Positions 10,124 to 22,824 of a DNA stretch of 64,000 nucleotides are shown here, one piece after another. Each line of letters starts with the position of its first letter. Position 1 is the first letter of the stretch. The stretch is from assembly GCA_025786725.1 (NCBI GenBank), contig JAHLTZ010000031.1:124001-188000 (forward strand). The letters run 5' to 3'. Position numbers and translations under genes: made by a program. Source of the stretch: Syncephalis fuscata S228 (taxonomy: Eukaryota; Fungi; Zoopagomycota). A model generated the notes under the pieces. That model saw only the letters and a list, made by a program, of their open reading frames with translations, made no database searches and was not told the DNA's origin.

Positions 10124-11558
10124 TTACATAGAAAACTTTCCACTTTTTGTCGCAACAAACTGATAACTGGCCATGGTGCCTTGTTTAATTACAGTAATGG
10201 CCCATGCTAAATAAATGGCCCATATCTTCCAGCGACGCTCTCCGTATTTAGCAATGATTTGCTCGCGATTATGCTCCCAATTCCAGTACCAACGCTCGTA
10301 AGTAGCAGCGCAATGAGCACTAGTATTTTCTGTCTGTTTCACGTCGAAGCTAGCTTTTTCAAACTTTTGTACGTACCAATGTACCGGCTTTCTATAGCCT
10401 TGATGCGCAAGAATAAAGCTTTCAAGAAAAATGGCCCAATTCCAGTCTTCAAGTTGCCAGGAGTGCCGCAAACCACCCGCTTCTAATAATAATACACCAT
10501 TATCAGCCAGCATATTGTGATATCCTGCAGCAGTTTATCAAAATCGTTTTCTTCTAAAGGATTTGGTACATTGATCCAGGTAATCTTATCGTAGTGTGAG
10601 CTGGCAATTGTCGAGTAATCTGCGCAAATAAAAAGTACTTGTCCACGTGATAAATTATGCTTTTCAGCAAGTTCTGTTGCTGCTTCAAGTGCATCAGAGT
10701 CAATAAGAATGGCTGTCGATGAAGACCGATGATTCCGTGCAGCATGGATAGCAAGATGGCCTCCGTCACTGCCCAGATCGAGGTGTCGATCGCCCGGCGT
10801 CAGATTAAGTCGTTTGCAAATTGATTGCATAGCCTTCTCTTGCATATCTTCAAGAGTCACCTGTTCATCGACATCGCCTAGCCTACCGTAGATCTGACCA
10901 GAGGTGCCGTCCAGATAGCCGTTATAAAAGGCTCGTTCCAGTTGTATCGAGTCTTGTGCACCTGTACGCGGCCATATCCTATCCATCCACGGGAGACGAT
11001 CAAGCCAATGACGCAGTAGAATGTGTGCGCCTGACAATGGTGGTAGAAAAGAGGCCCAGCTATAGCGCATCTCAAATATATCTAGCAAACTGTATCCTTG
11101 TCGGGGTACAATCCTACCCGACAGATAGCCATCAACAAACGTTAGAATAGGTATAGAACCTCGCGCAGAATAAAAATTAGCAAGATTGCATCAGCAAAAT
11201 TGAAGTATCGCTCTATGACGAGTCTTGCTTTATGCTGACGATTTCGTGCTGATTCAGCCAAGTAGCTAAATACGTAAAGATAAACTAAAAACAACGGTGC
11301 TGCCGAGATGACAACTAGAAAAGCAAACGAATGAAAGCTATAGCCATTAGCGAAGCTGAAATAGCCAGGTATACCGATAACTATAGCGACCGCAAGAGAT
11401 ATGGAAAATTCTCGACGTCCGACGCCGTCAGGTGTATTTACAAGTAAATGCACCTCATCTAACGAAGACGAAGACGATTCATTCTTAGTCATCTCGACGG
11501 GAGTCGCCCTCGCAGCGGCATCCGTATCCTCGATCCCACTAAAAGTCGAGGCAGTCAT
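10124..11558 (-). CDS. Cyclopropane-fatty-acid synthase family methyltransferase, most like sphingolipid C9-methyltransferase; intronless, with two apparent frameshifts (~11170, ~10515)
   Basis: Two N-terminal hydrophobic segments; TLEDMQEKAMQSICKRLNLTPGDRHLDLGSDGGHLAIHAAR; C-terminal HCAATYERWYWNWEHNREQIIAKYGERRWKIWAIYLAW...QGTMASYQ, typical of fungal C9-MT C-termini. Three consecutive ORFs in different frames. Confidence 0.75.
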
Positions 11559-11829
11559 CTCTTTAGCTGGTAAGTTCTAATGGTGTATAAATATTCAACG
11601 AAATGTATGTAACATGAATAATACTGGCTGTATTGGCCAATGGCATGACTTTTGCACGCCTATGGTAAAGGCATTGTAACCAGTAAGGTTAAACAATACT
11701 GCTGGCCAGTCAATGGGCTTGCTAAACACAGTAACATTTTGTCAATAAAGTTCATTAGCTAATTCAATGTAAACAACTCCGCTACCTTAATGGTTTGTTT
11801 GTAGCTGACCAAATCCTTTAAACTGCTCC

Positions 11830-11868
<39 letters not shown>
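11830..11868. repeat. (TAA)n microsatellite
   Basis: About 12-13 tandem TAA units seen directly. Confidence 0.9.
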
Positions 11869-12974
11869 TTGACTGGTACACCTTCCTTGCTCCTCCTTTG
11901 CTCTCCTTTGTTTTCTACCTATTTATACCGCAGCTTTTAAAAGCTTTTATATACTTTGGTAAACAAATAGACAACTCCTCTAGTTCCACCACCTTGTATT
12001 CTTACCAAAATCAAGCCTGCTTTTAATGAAAGAGAAACGTTGTTTATTTATTTTGGCTCCAGTAATAGCCGTTTATTATTTTCGAATAGACCCCTTAAGC
12101 CTGAGTATTTTCAGCTGTGGCGGATCTTTGCGTTCAGGTGCATTGATATCGTAAAAATTGTGCGCTGAGTGTGTTTGCCATGCCGTTCAATTTAATTAAT
12201 TTACCAAATGGCTGTAACTTACGCATTGCCATTAAATCGCTATATTCATATCAAATGTTGGTAAATTAATAAATTGTTCTTATAACTATCAATTATAAAT
12301 TTACCAGGCTATGTGATAGCATTGAATATTAATAGATTTCAACTATTAAATACACATTTGTAAAATCTCATATATTTATTGTTTTACAATACACAATAAA
12401 TCTTTATCTTACTAAAATCATTAAATTAAAACCCAAAGCTGATTTCATTATAGTTTTCACAATAATTAAGTGTATTTCATACCATATGATGTATTAATTT
12501 ATCGACTCTGTTACTATCACAACTATTATCGCCATTATCGCCATTATCAATATTATCAGCACTATTATTTCCACTACTGCTAGCATCATTGCTATAACAA
12601 TTGGTTTTACGCTTACCAAAAAAAGATTCCCAACCTTCGGTCGGTGGCCTGTATCCACTGTGGCAACATCGCAACCCCCACGTCTGTGCGCACGCCCCAG
12701 TCACCGCCGCCATGCCTTACGTTCCCTATATCCGCCTACTCCTTGCTAGTTGTTCGCTCTCCTTTCCCGCAGTCACGAGTCCATGCGTAATGCCAATGCT
12801 ATTGCCATTATCATCCCTAGCTATCGTGAATCCCATCGCCATTACCGCCAAGCCATACCCATCGGTCTCTATGCTTGTCTGCGCAGCCATTATCGTTGCC
12901 ATCCACCGATATACTGCAGCAATAGTACCGACGCCGCGCTTTCATTAAATATCCACCTTTACTGGTCGTTGTCA

Positions 12975-13092
12975 TTGTCATTATTATTATTATTATTGCT
13001 ATTATTATTATTACTGCTACTATTGTTGTTGCTGTTGCTGTTGCTGTTGTTGTTGTTGTTGTTATTACCGTCATCATCACATCATCATCACA
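12975..13092. repeat. Compound trinucleotide microsatellite (TTA/TTG/CTG/CAT)
   Basis: Runs of tta, gtt/gct and cat seen directly; they produce the spurious poly-Leu and poly-Thr ORFs. Confidence 0.85.
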
Positions 13093-14313
13093 TCATCGTC
13101 TAAAATTGGTCGGTGTTGTCTTCTCCGTCACATCAACAAATCCATTATTCGATATTGTTGTTGTTGTTGTTGTTGTCGTCGTGCATGTGAGCGTGTTTTT
13201 TATTGATCCATCATTGTACCCTGTCTTGCCTGCACCTTGGATAACTCCTTTTTGGCCTTCTTGATCACTATTAACGCCTCCTCAATTGTTTCCTTGCCTT
13301 GTTTCCCCTTTGACTGTCTGCCAGGTTAAAGTGTAGGCCCACCGTTGCCCAACAACCGTGCAGAACCATAACAAACGACGCCAATTGGGTACTTTTTGTA
13401 TACGTACAACAACATTTGTAATTCTTTTTCTTTCTACAGGTTGCTCCGTTGTTTTCTTGGCTGCATTGCCATAGCCTAAATTCAGCGGCTGTCTCCACTG
13501 CTCATTTCATTGCCATTTCTTCCTCGCTATCTTCATTTACTGTGCCTACCCCTATATTCCATTCTATCGTATCCCCGCTGTTATCCGGGGCAGTTTAGCT
13601 TGTATATCTCGCACCTATCTTGCTGTATCTTTATTGCTATTGTTCTAACAAAGTCAAGACTCTGCAGCCTTTTTGCTTGTTTAACAAACAGGCAACACTG
13701 CCTTGTATACACATTATCCAATTGTATTTGCCTTCATCATTCGTGCTACCGTACACCAATAAGCATTGTTATTTGGTATTCATTTCATACTTGACTGCTA
13801 AATTGTGAAATATTGTTTTCGTCACACCAACACTTGTCCATATACACACATATATACATACATATATAGTTGTTGATTTTGTGTATCCCCATTGCGATAG
13901 ACAACATCTTTTGTTATATCTACATTATCATTATTTTTGATATTATTGGTATAGTTTATAGGCAATTTTGCGTAAGTAGCCAATCTATTACAGCGCTATA
14001 ATCTGCTGAAAATTGGTATTATTTTCATTTTATAAAATACTAGATTATTTTCGTATTGCAATACCAACCATTATTCTTTATCAATACAAGTAGCCAAGCT
14101 GTCTTGACTTCAGCATAGCTTTGTCCCACACTACTTGTTTTACATCTTGACCAGTTTTTCTGCAATTACCTTAATTCGTGCTGCTGTCTTTGTCATTATT
14201 GTTATCATCATCACTACCATTCTTATCTGCGTCAAGATCAGCAGACCATTCACCAAATAGCTGATTGCAGCATTTTGGTGACTCGTAATTGTTGCCATTT
14301 TCTACCATTTAAA

Positions 14314-15089
14314 ATGTCCCATTCAAATCCCGCTTTGCCTTGTAGCTGTTGTTCCAACCCAAACGATAGAATACAACAACAGCACATGAGCATGGCCGAT
14401 TCCTCCAACTGCGTACCGCTGTCTGAACCTAGTCTTGGCATAGTAGTTAACAACAGTAACCCGACTACGCAAAAATGCAGCACAATTTCTTCTCATACAA
14501 AAAATAGCTTACAGCCTACCAACAGCCTTTACCCAGCATTGGGACTGCATCGGGCCGAAATAAAAGAGAAATCCGCTCCTATGCTAAATTCCAATGCCAC
14601 GCCTACCCAACTATCATCTGTGCTTTATTTGCCAAAACCACGGCCAACAGGAAGCATTTCCTTACCTCGAGTGGGCATGGGCGAAATTAAGCCGCCTCAA
14701 AATAAAACAACTCATCAAAATCTGTCCGAATCGATACCCAGCGCAAATAAGTTGGAATTAGTGCCATCGAGTCAGCCTCGTATTGGAGCAAGTGCCATTA
14801 TGGATTTGTCGCCAAAGTCTGATGTATGTAGCTATATTGTAGATAAACATAAATACTATTTAAAACTAACACACATCACCTCTACCAGAATAACCAAGCT
14901 ACTAGGCATTTCAATAGCTTTGTCAAGCAAAACGGTCAAATTAACACTCGTTCTACGTCTATTTTACCTACGACACGAACGGCCAAACCGCCAAGTCCAG
15001 CACCGACAACTACCGCAATCAATACGACAAATGCCGTCAACAATACCAACACGTCGAACCAAGTTAATGGCCGGATAGCCCAACAAAAG
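14314..15089 (+). CDS. Hypothetical S/P/N/T-rich protein, at least 2 exons (14314-14823, 14889-15089); 3' end unresolved
   Basis: ATG 14314 MSHSNPALPCSCCS...SPKSD, GTATGT..CTAAC..CAG intron 14824-14888, in-frame exon NNQATRHFNSF...RIAQQK, then a GTTAGT donor-like site at 15090. Confidence 0.55.
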
Positions 15090-15473
15090 GTTAGTATTGT
15101 AAAATTCTATGTATTGTTCTTTATATCCAATTGTATGTATTCATTTAAAACACCTGCACGCAACATTGTCTCGTCTATTATGAACTTTTTTCTATCTATT
15201 AATTATTTAATTTTCCTTTTTAAATGTGTTAGCAATGAGGTTTATTCTATTCATCTCTATTCCATTCACACCCTTCTCATCTCTCTGTGCGCTATCGCTC
15301 AATGGCTATGATAAACGAATAAGCGGTCGTTTACTCATAGCTCAGTACTAGTTGGCCTATCTGCTTTCTATTCATTACAATTATTCGTCCTTTCATCTGC
15401 AATCCGCAAACACAATTTCCTTTTTTGGAACAGCATGTGGAACCCATACTGCACATAGCTGAGCGCAGAATAC

Positions 15474-15493
15474 TGACGTCAATGCTGACGTCA
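15474..15493. promoter_or_regulatory. Tandem pair of perfect CRE/ATF palindromes (TGACGTCA x2)
   Basis: TGACGTCA at 15474-15481 and 15486-15493. Confidence 0.4.
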
Positions 15494-18400
15494 AAATTTT
15501 GTGCAGCATCTGTGGTGTATTTCTTACTTCTTTGAGAACAAGCTTCTGTTTTGATAACTTGGCTGTATGGATGGCTTTTAGTGGCGTTGTTTCTAACGTG
15601 TCATTGCAAAGGCATATTAGTACTTTAGTTTACACATTTTTTGTTTGTAAATCCACTTTTGGTTTACTTTCTTGGGCTAAATGGTTATACAATGATGATT
15701 CTATTTAATTTTCCGTTTTTGTATATTTACATTGACACAAACACTGCCATGCAGATTATTAGCACTTCAATTGACATGCTATCATGAGAAAGCGAGAGTG
15801 AAAGAAAGCAAAAATACTATGCCTTTTTATTTTATTACCCTTTTGGTCAGAAAAAGCAAACACTTGAATACTGCAGAAAAGAGAAAGAAAGAGGTCAAGA
15901 CAATGTATTAATACATTGCTCAAACACCAATCGGAGTCTGCGATACGTGCTAGTGTGCGCCAGTATAGTCGTCTCCCCCTGCCTATATTTGCACCCAAAT
16001 GCTAGTGCGTGTTAAAGCACACACACACACACCGTACACATTTACACACGCTTGTGTACACATGAATGAATACGGCCAGTTTACTTGCACAGAACGGCCC
16101 GTGATACCATGTACAAACGCATGTGTGTGTATATTTGTACGTATGCGTATGTGTGCGCGCGTGTGTGTGTAAATGGAGTAGGTGCCGGCATCGGGTCTAT
16201 AGTAGATGCTGCTACTGCCTATCTTACCTTCCTTTTTTACCATTTGTGCTCTAGCCTCTTACTGGGCGCGACTCGTTTGAGACGGTAAATATTTTTACCT
16301 ACATGGAAATGTAAACTTTGCATCACTTGCTTTTTTTGCATCTTAGAGTAATGATTGGCACATTGCATCAATGCCATTTCTACTGTTATTAGTATTCTAT
16401 TACTAGCAATGATGGTAACAGTAATGATACTGGCACCGACCTACTTTATTCATCGGTCATTTAATCAAAGTTTTGACAGCATGATACTTTCATGCTGTCA
16501 GCTGACGACCCGCATTAAGGGGCTACTACTCGTTTGTTTGTTTGTGTGTCCATGCTATACATACAGTCACAACTACAGATGATGATACTGTTGTTATTAT
16601 TATATTGTTGTTGTCGTTGTTGATATGTAGGTACACGAGGACCTGCATGTACAGGTTCTTGTGTATTATTATTATTCATTCATTCATTCATTCATGACGG
16701 TCGGTCCAGCCACAAAGAATGGCTGATTATCGTCTTCTCATTCGCCGCATTAGTGTGTAATTTCCTGCCATGGGGATAATGACAATGACGATAATATGTA
16801 GTACTACTACCAACATCGCACAAACAGTGCATTGATAAATCTAGCCCTATGCTGAGTGTTTTATTTGTTGGTTACATGATTATTTACGGGCCAATGCACC
16901 TGAACAAACTTGATAACCGGTGATGTACTCTGCATTGCTGGTTAGTTAGTTATTATGAATCTTGATGTCTGAGCATCAATAGTAATTGACCCGTATAGCC
17001 AATCTATTGAATCGATGCGTTAGTAAGGATGGGCATTGTACTAAATACGTACTATTTGTCTTCTCGCGCTCTAATGATAGTTGGCTCAATATTGGTCATT
17101 AATCTAAACGTGTTTGGTCGATGTCATATTTTTTGTACAGTCACATTGCTATTCTTATGGCCCGTACTATTTTGAAAGCGCATTGTTTATTTGTCAAACA
17201 TAATTCAGTGTCTACCAATTTGATGCTGTTTTCTTTTAGTAATATCGCACTTTGAGTACAGCACTGAAAGTTATACACATACACACAGAGAGAGAGACAC
17301 ACACAGATACAAAAATGTCTTTTGAACAATCCAAAGTTTGCCCATATATTTATTTTTATAATATGACCATAACCGGCCTATTAGCCATCATTTATTTTAT
17401 TTGATTACTATTGCGTATTAAAAATCCATTCCTTATCATCCCTACGCAATATACAAGTATGGTGGTGGTTAAGCACACTTCCATTTTAGCACTTTGTTGG
17501 CACAAAGATGCTTTCTCCTTTTCTCCATAACTCATTCATTCTCATTGTTTGTTCGCTTGCTTTCCTCTTCCGTTCATGCACATGCTTTTCCTGCAGTCTC
17601 ATTGCCACATGGACCGGTTTCCCTTTCACTTCAGCAACTTGTGTGCAACCTATATTATTCTTTTGGTTTGCGAATGCTTTTCTTGTGATTTATGGAAAAA
17701 TATGGCAATCATTCATGACGCCGCAGCATCGGACATCGTGACATTCTATCATCGTGAATCCCCCTTCCTTTTACTACCTACCATGCTTTTGTTTGGTTAG
17801 ATGTCCCTTGAAAATAGTGCGAAAGTTCATTATTCCTAATAGGCTTTTCATGTGGCCTACCATTTGTCGGACCTTCCGCGTCTTCTTCCTATGATTACTT
17901 GCGTGTTTTTCTGCACATTTGCACTACGTAATCGTAGTATTAGTAGCAGAAATAATTTATTATTATTAGCAGTAATAATTTATTAGTGGTAGCATTTTTA
18001 TTGTAACTAGTAATAATTGCAGTAATGATCTTTGGTTGCACTTTGTATTCGTCATAATTGTGTAAGATTGATACAAAGTGATAAGAAAAGGTTGGCCTAT
18101 TTGTGTACTGTGACCGCGTTATAGCAAACACACACGCACACACGTTAATACACCAATACGGATAGGCCATTATTCTTTTCATTGTATTCGTATTCGTATT
18201 CATTGTTGTTGTTATTTCCATTACCATTATTGCTTTTTGTTGTTTTTCATCGCCATGGCTATGTACCTGCGCGTATGTGTATGTGTATAAGGCCATCACA
18301 CGGCTACACATACGCATCTACATATCACATCGCATCACATCCATCCATACACACACACACACACATCCATTGTACACCGTACCCATACTTGAAATGATAC

Positions 18401-20910
18401 AAGCCAACTTGTATCGTTGTATTAATTCATAGTTTCCTTTTTTGCACTGATCTTTATTGGACGTATCAACAATGTATTTTTATTTGAGGATATTACGTCG
18501 TCCTCGTGATTTTTCTAATCCAAGACTTTCTCTTTGTACAAACACATACACATACACACAAACAGTCATAGTATTGGCTTTGCACCTTCATCTTTCTCGA
18601 TTCTCAACGACAGGCTTAGACGCGAAACATACGCACGCGCATCCCGCAGCCGTGGTTGGATTATCCAGGGCCTTTTGTCTACCTGCGTACACTCTGGCCT
18701 GCGTCGTTTCACATCATTTACATACACATTCTGCCATTTTTATTTTCTATTGCACAACGCATCATCGCTGGCCTGCTTAACACATTCGTGGTGGCAGCAA
18801 CGCATCCAATCTTGTATCTGCTGGTCGCGACGACGTGTTTAGTGTCTGCAACTACTTGCGTGCTGCCGTCGCCCCCCTTTGACTTACTCTTTAGCCTGCG
18901 CGTTTCTCCACTTTATTCCTAGTGTTTATCCTTTTCATTTCTTTTCGTTGCGTATTGTCTATTTGTTCTTTGCCCATCATCGACTAGGTCCTCTCTCTCT
19001 ATTTACCTTTCAACACACACTCTATTTGCCTCGCCTCTTCCTTCTACCTCTTTTGCCTCTTTTGCCTGTCCCTGCCATCGCTTGCTCTATCTTCATCTAA
19101 TAAGCCATCCTTTCCATCTCCTCTCTTCCTTATCCTAAACGTGACCTGCTGGTTATTCTGTTACACGATTCGTGGACGCGCGTGGACGCGAGCGTTAATC
19201 GATTCAGAATCCTCCGCGGCAGTTCATTTTTCCAAGTATTACGTTTATCGGTCATTTTATTACTCCTAGGCCCTTACCTGGCAAAGTTTTTCTTTTCTCG
19301 TTCGCTGTCGCTTCATTGGTACCTTTTTATCAGTCCATTGTTGTACCGCAATCATTCTATGGTCGCACGTTGTATTGGCTGCTCGGCTAGAACAGGAAAT
19401 ATTACGCATTGACATTTCTTAGCTTATACTTTTTGATCTCTATCGATTTTATTGTCATTGCTCTTTCTCCTTCCTTCCTTCTTCTTTCTTTCCATATCTT
19501 TTACTTGATCGTTGCTTGCTCGTTTGCTTGCTCGGCCCGTTTGTCCACCCATCTGCCCATCCGCGCGCTGGCCTGTCCGACCGCTTGCCGTCGACCTAGC
19601 GATTTCCTTTTCTCCCATCCTTTTGTTTTACTTATCGACGATTTGATTTACTGTGTGATTTGCTGTGTGATTTACAGTGTTGGCGCTTGCACTACGCTTC
19701 ACGAGTTTAGTTAATCTATTATCGTGTGTGTGTGTGTGTATTGTGGTATAGCTAGTCTTCACGTGGATCTGGTCTTGTTTATCGAGGTTTTTCATCTCCG
19801 TGCGGTAGTCACGTTGGTACTTGCCTATTCCTCGAATTGGCTGCTCAGCGTGGTTTCTAAACTTTCTGTACGGTTGCCTTGTAGAACCGTTCGTTTCAAG
19901 GTTTTTACGCACCATTTCAAACCCATATCAAACCACGCGGTAATTTCCGGCCTTTTATTTCGAGAAGGTCTCTTTCTCTCTCTCTCTCTCTCTTCTCGAT
20001 ACCGTGTGCTGTTTTTACCTGTCCTTCTGCCTAGCGGCGTGTGCTCGTATTCTACGGTGGCCTGGTTAATGTATATATGGTTGGATTGACCTGTGCACAA
20101 CGAAGCCATTACAACGAATAACCTGACACATTTCCACATTTTTATCAAACTTTTCTCACACTACATTATATCTTTTATCGCAACCATTCTTTTTCTCTCT
20201 TCTCTTGGTCATATCCGATCTTTGCTATTTTCTTTGAATTGTTTATTCGTGACTACTGCTTTTACTTGTTGCGATAGTGCAATTCTATTCTATTTACCTA
20301 TTTTGCGGATCCGACCCGGTTTCTCCAACTTGGCAGCGCCTGACCTACGCGTATTCAAACTCCGACCCCCTTGATTGAAACCACGCGCACCGACCAACCG
20401 TACACACACAAATCCATTATCCACACCACACCACGCACAAATCCACACACAAAGATCATTATTTTATACTATTTTGCACACACATACACACAAACACACA
20501 AAGGCACACATCAATATTGGCAAACAAAGATTGATAGTAATAATATTAATAGTAATAATATTAATTTTTGTTAGTATTAGTATTTTATTGTTATCTTTCT
20601 TTCCTTATTCAACCTTTTGCCATAGTTGATCGATTGTTTTCTCGATTTGTGTTTTTTGATTTGATATATATATTTATTATATATATCTGCCTATCGTGCG
20701 ACTGCCCCCGACCAAGGCTGTGTAGGCTTTATTTTGTTTCCTTTTTATTGTTGCTACTGCTGCTACTGCTGCTACTGTTGCTATTACTGCTACCGCTTAT
20801 CGCTACTGTTTATCACTGCTACAAAGACGGCTTACTTTTTGTTTCTACTGACTTGTGCACACAAATATCCACACTCTCTCCTACTTACATATACTAACTA
20901 ACCAACCAAT

Positions 20911-22824
20911 ATGTTATCTATGGGATCGTGTTCGGTGCTGGCACCGCAGTCAAAGCGCTATCAATGCGATCAATGTGGCATGGAGTTCAGCCGTCTACAT
21001 AACTTAAAGACACACCGGCTTATCCACTTTGATATTCGTCCTTATGAGTGTGGACAGTGTACACACCGTTTCCGTCGCAAACACGACCTGGAGCGACACT
21101 TGGTGGCTCACGCCGGATTAAAGCCATATGTATGCGTTGCATGCACTAAAGGATTCACGCGTATGGACGCCCTTAACAAGCATTATCGCGCTGAGCCCTT
21201 GTGCAAACAAGAAATGGAACTGCAGCGCGGTCAAGGTGTATTACGTACGACTGCAGTGGCTCGCCAAGTTAAAACGCATCTTGGTCGTTTGCATGGACTC
21301 GTTAACGGCGAACCGGTTAATGGAAGATGTGCACGTGGTACGTTGACTGCGGCAGCTGTGGCTGGTAATGTTGTTGAAGTGTCGCCAGCACTTGCTTACG
21401 CTTCATCTTCATCTAACGCTGCGGCTGAAGTGAATGCGCCTGCATTTACGCCCCCTCTTCGATCAACGATGACATCTGGCTCTGATACAAGCTCAATTGC
21501 CTCTAGCACATCATCACAGATATCATTACGCATTAATGGTACCTGGTCCCCCAACTCAATGATGCTACAAGAGGCTGATCCAACATCGCATACAGCCGCC
21601 ATATCTGCATCACCATACTTTGGCCGTGATCCATCATTCGGCCCAAGTGCGCCCAGATACGATCGGCCTTATGAGCAATACTCGCCGGTATCATTGCACG
21701 ATGCATTATCCGTATCGCCTCCCATGAAAGCGGCCAACGTCGATCTTTGCCATACCGAATCGTCGCCTATATCACCAATCAGCCTACCACCTATTAGTAC
21801 GTTTGATTTTCCGTCCTCTACAACCAATGGATCTGATGGCCATCGTCATCACCACCATAGCCGCCACAACAGTGCTAGTGACCATTCATCTATGCACTAC
21901 ACCAGCACGATGGATAAATCATCTCGTGTATCTATGAGGACCCCCGATACTCCAATGCAGGCCATTAAAGAACGGGGACAAGCCTGTTCATCGTCGTCAT
22001 CGTCATCGTCTTCAGCGTCGTCATCGGTATCATCATCGCCACCACCGCATTCATCGGGAAATTTGTCGCCTATTCAGTATCATCATAATACTAATAACAA
22101 CAACAACAACAACACTAATAGCCATAATACTAATAATATTAATAATAATAATCATTCTAATTATTATTCAACTTATCCACAGCCACGAGATGGGCATGGA
22201 TTGCCACCACCATCGCTACGTACAACATGGCCGGCTGATAGATATGGCCGCAACTCTACACCCCGCATAAACCAATCGGGCTCGCCCATTTCACCGCTAC
22301 GCAGTCCAATGGATGCATCCTACAACGGCGCGTCTTTTCTACCATACGCTACAATAACCAATGATAAGTCGTCCGTCTACTCGTCATCGGGTGACAGTTT
22401 CAGCCAGTTAGGTGACGATAGTCGACGTGGTACGATGCCTTGTACACCCGTCGTTTCTCCGCGCAGTCTTATGCCGTCCCAGGCTGCATCGCCTAATGCA
22501 CGCATTTACCATGCTCAGCCAGACTCGCCATTCAACTCAAATTACAGCATGCATCAGAAATTTGATCATTTTGAGTTACCAGCATCGGTTGCGTCAACGT
22601 CTTATCCACCGCCAGGTCATACCAATACATCATGGTCATCTGAACATCAACATCATTATCAGCAACAGCACCATGAGTATCAGCGTCATTACTCGCATAC
22701 TAATCATAATGATCATGCCATGCAAATTGACGAGCCTACCGAAAGCTTGCCCATGTCACCTGTCGATGCCGCTCAAGTCATGGTGGACTGGACACGACAT
22801 CAGCGCCATCAACGCCATCGATAA
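20911..22824 (+). CDS. C2H2 zinc-finger transcription factor (3 N-terminal fingers, long S/N/H-rich disordered tail)
   Basis: YQCDQCGMEFSRLHNLKTHRLIH, YECGQCTHRFRRKHDLERHLVAH, YVCVACTKGFTRMDALNKH within a 637-aa ORF. Confidence 0.9.
   Translation: MLSMGSCSVLAPQSKRYQCDQCGMEFSRLHNLKTHRLIHFDIRPYECGQCTHRFRRKHDLERHLVAHAGLKPYVCVACTKGFTRMDALNKHYRAEPLCKQEMELQRGQGVLRTTAVARQVKTHLGRLHGLVNGEPVNGRCARGTLTAAAVAGNVVEVSPALAYASSSSNAAAEVNAPAFTPPLRSTMTSGSDTSSIASSTSSQISLRINGTWSPNSMMLQEADPTSHTAAISASPYFGRDPSFGPSAPRYDRPYEQYSPVSLHDALSVSPPMKAANVDLCHTESSPISPISLPPISTFDFPSSTTNGSDGHRHHHHSRHNSASDHSSMHYTSTMDKSSRVSMRTPDTPMQAIKERGQACSSSSSSSSSASSSVSSSPPPHSSGNLSPIQYHHNTNNNNNNNTNSHNTNNINNNNHSNYYSTYPQPRDGHGLPPPSLRTTWPADRYGRNSTPRINQSGSPISPLRSPMDASYNGASFLPYATITNDKSSVYSSSGDSFSQLGDDSRRGTMPCTPVVSPRSLMPSQAASPNARIYHAQPDSPFNSNYSMHQKFDHFELPASVASTSYPPPGHTNTSWSSEHQHHYQQQHHEYQRHYSHTNHNDHAMQIDEPTESLPMSPVDAAQVMVDWTRHQRHQRHR

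Noticed and set aside
11600-14250. Short ORFs with poly-Leu or poly-Thr (e.g. 12750-13103, 12817-13080)
   Set aside because: They are translations of trinucleotide microsatellites with no domain motifs; probably promoter or UTR sequence.
15330-15420. TAGCTCAGT tRNA A-box-like motif
   Set aside because: No cloverleaf and no GTTCRA T-loop downstream.
15300-20900. Dozens of overlapping 60-125 aa ORFs
   Set aside because: Most have TTG/GTG starts, CA/CT-repeat-derived composition and no recognisable motifs; treated as non-coding.
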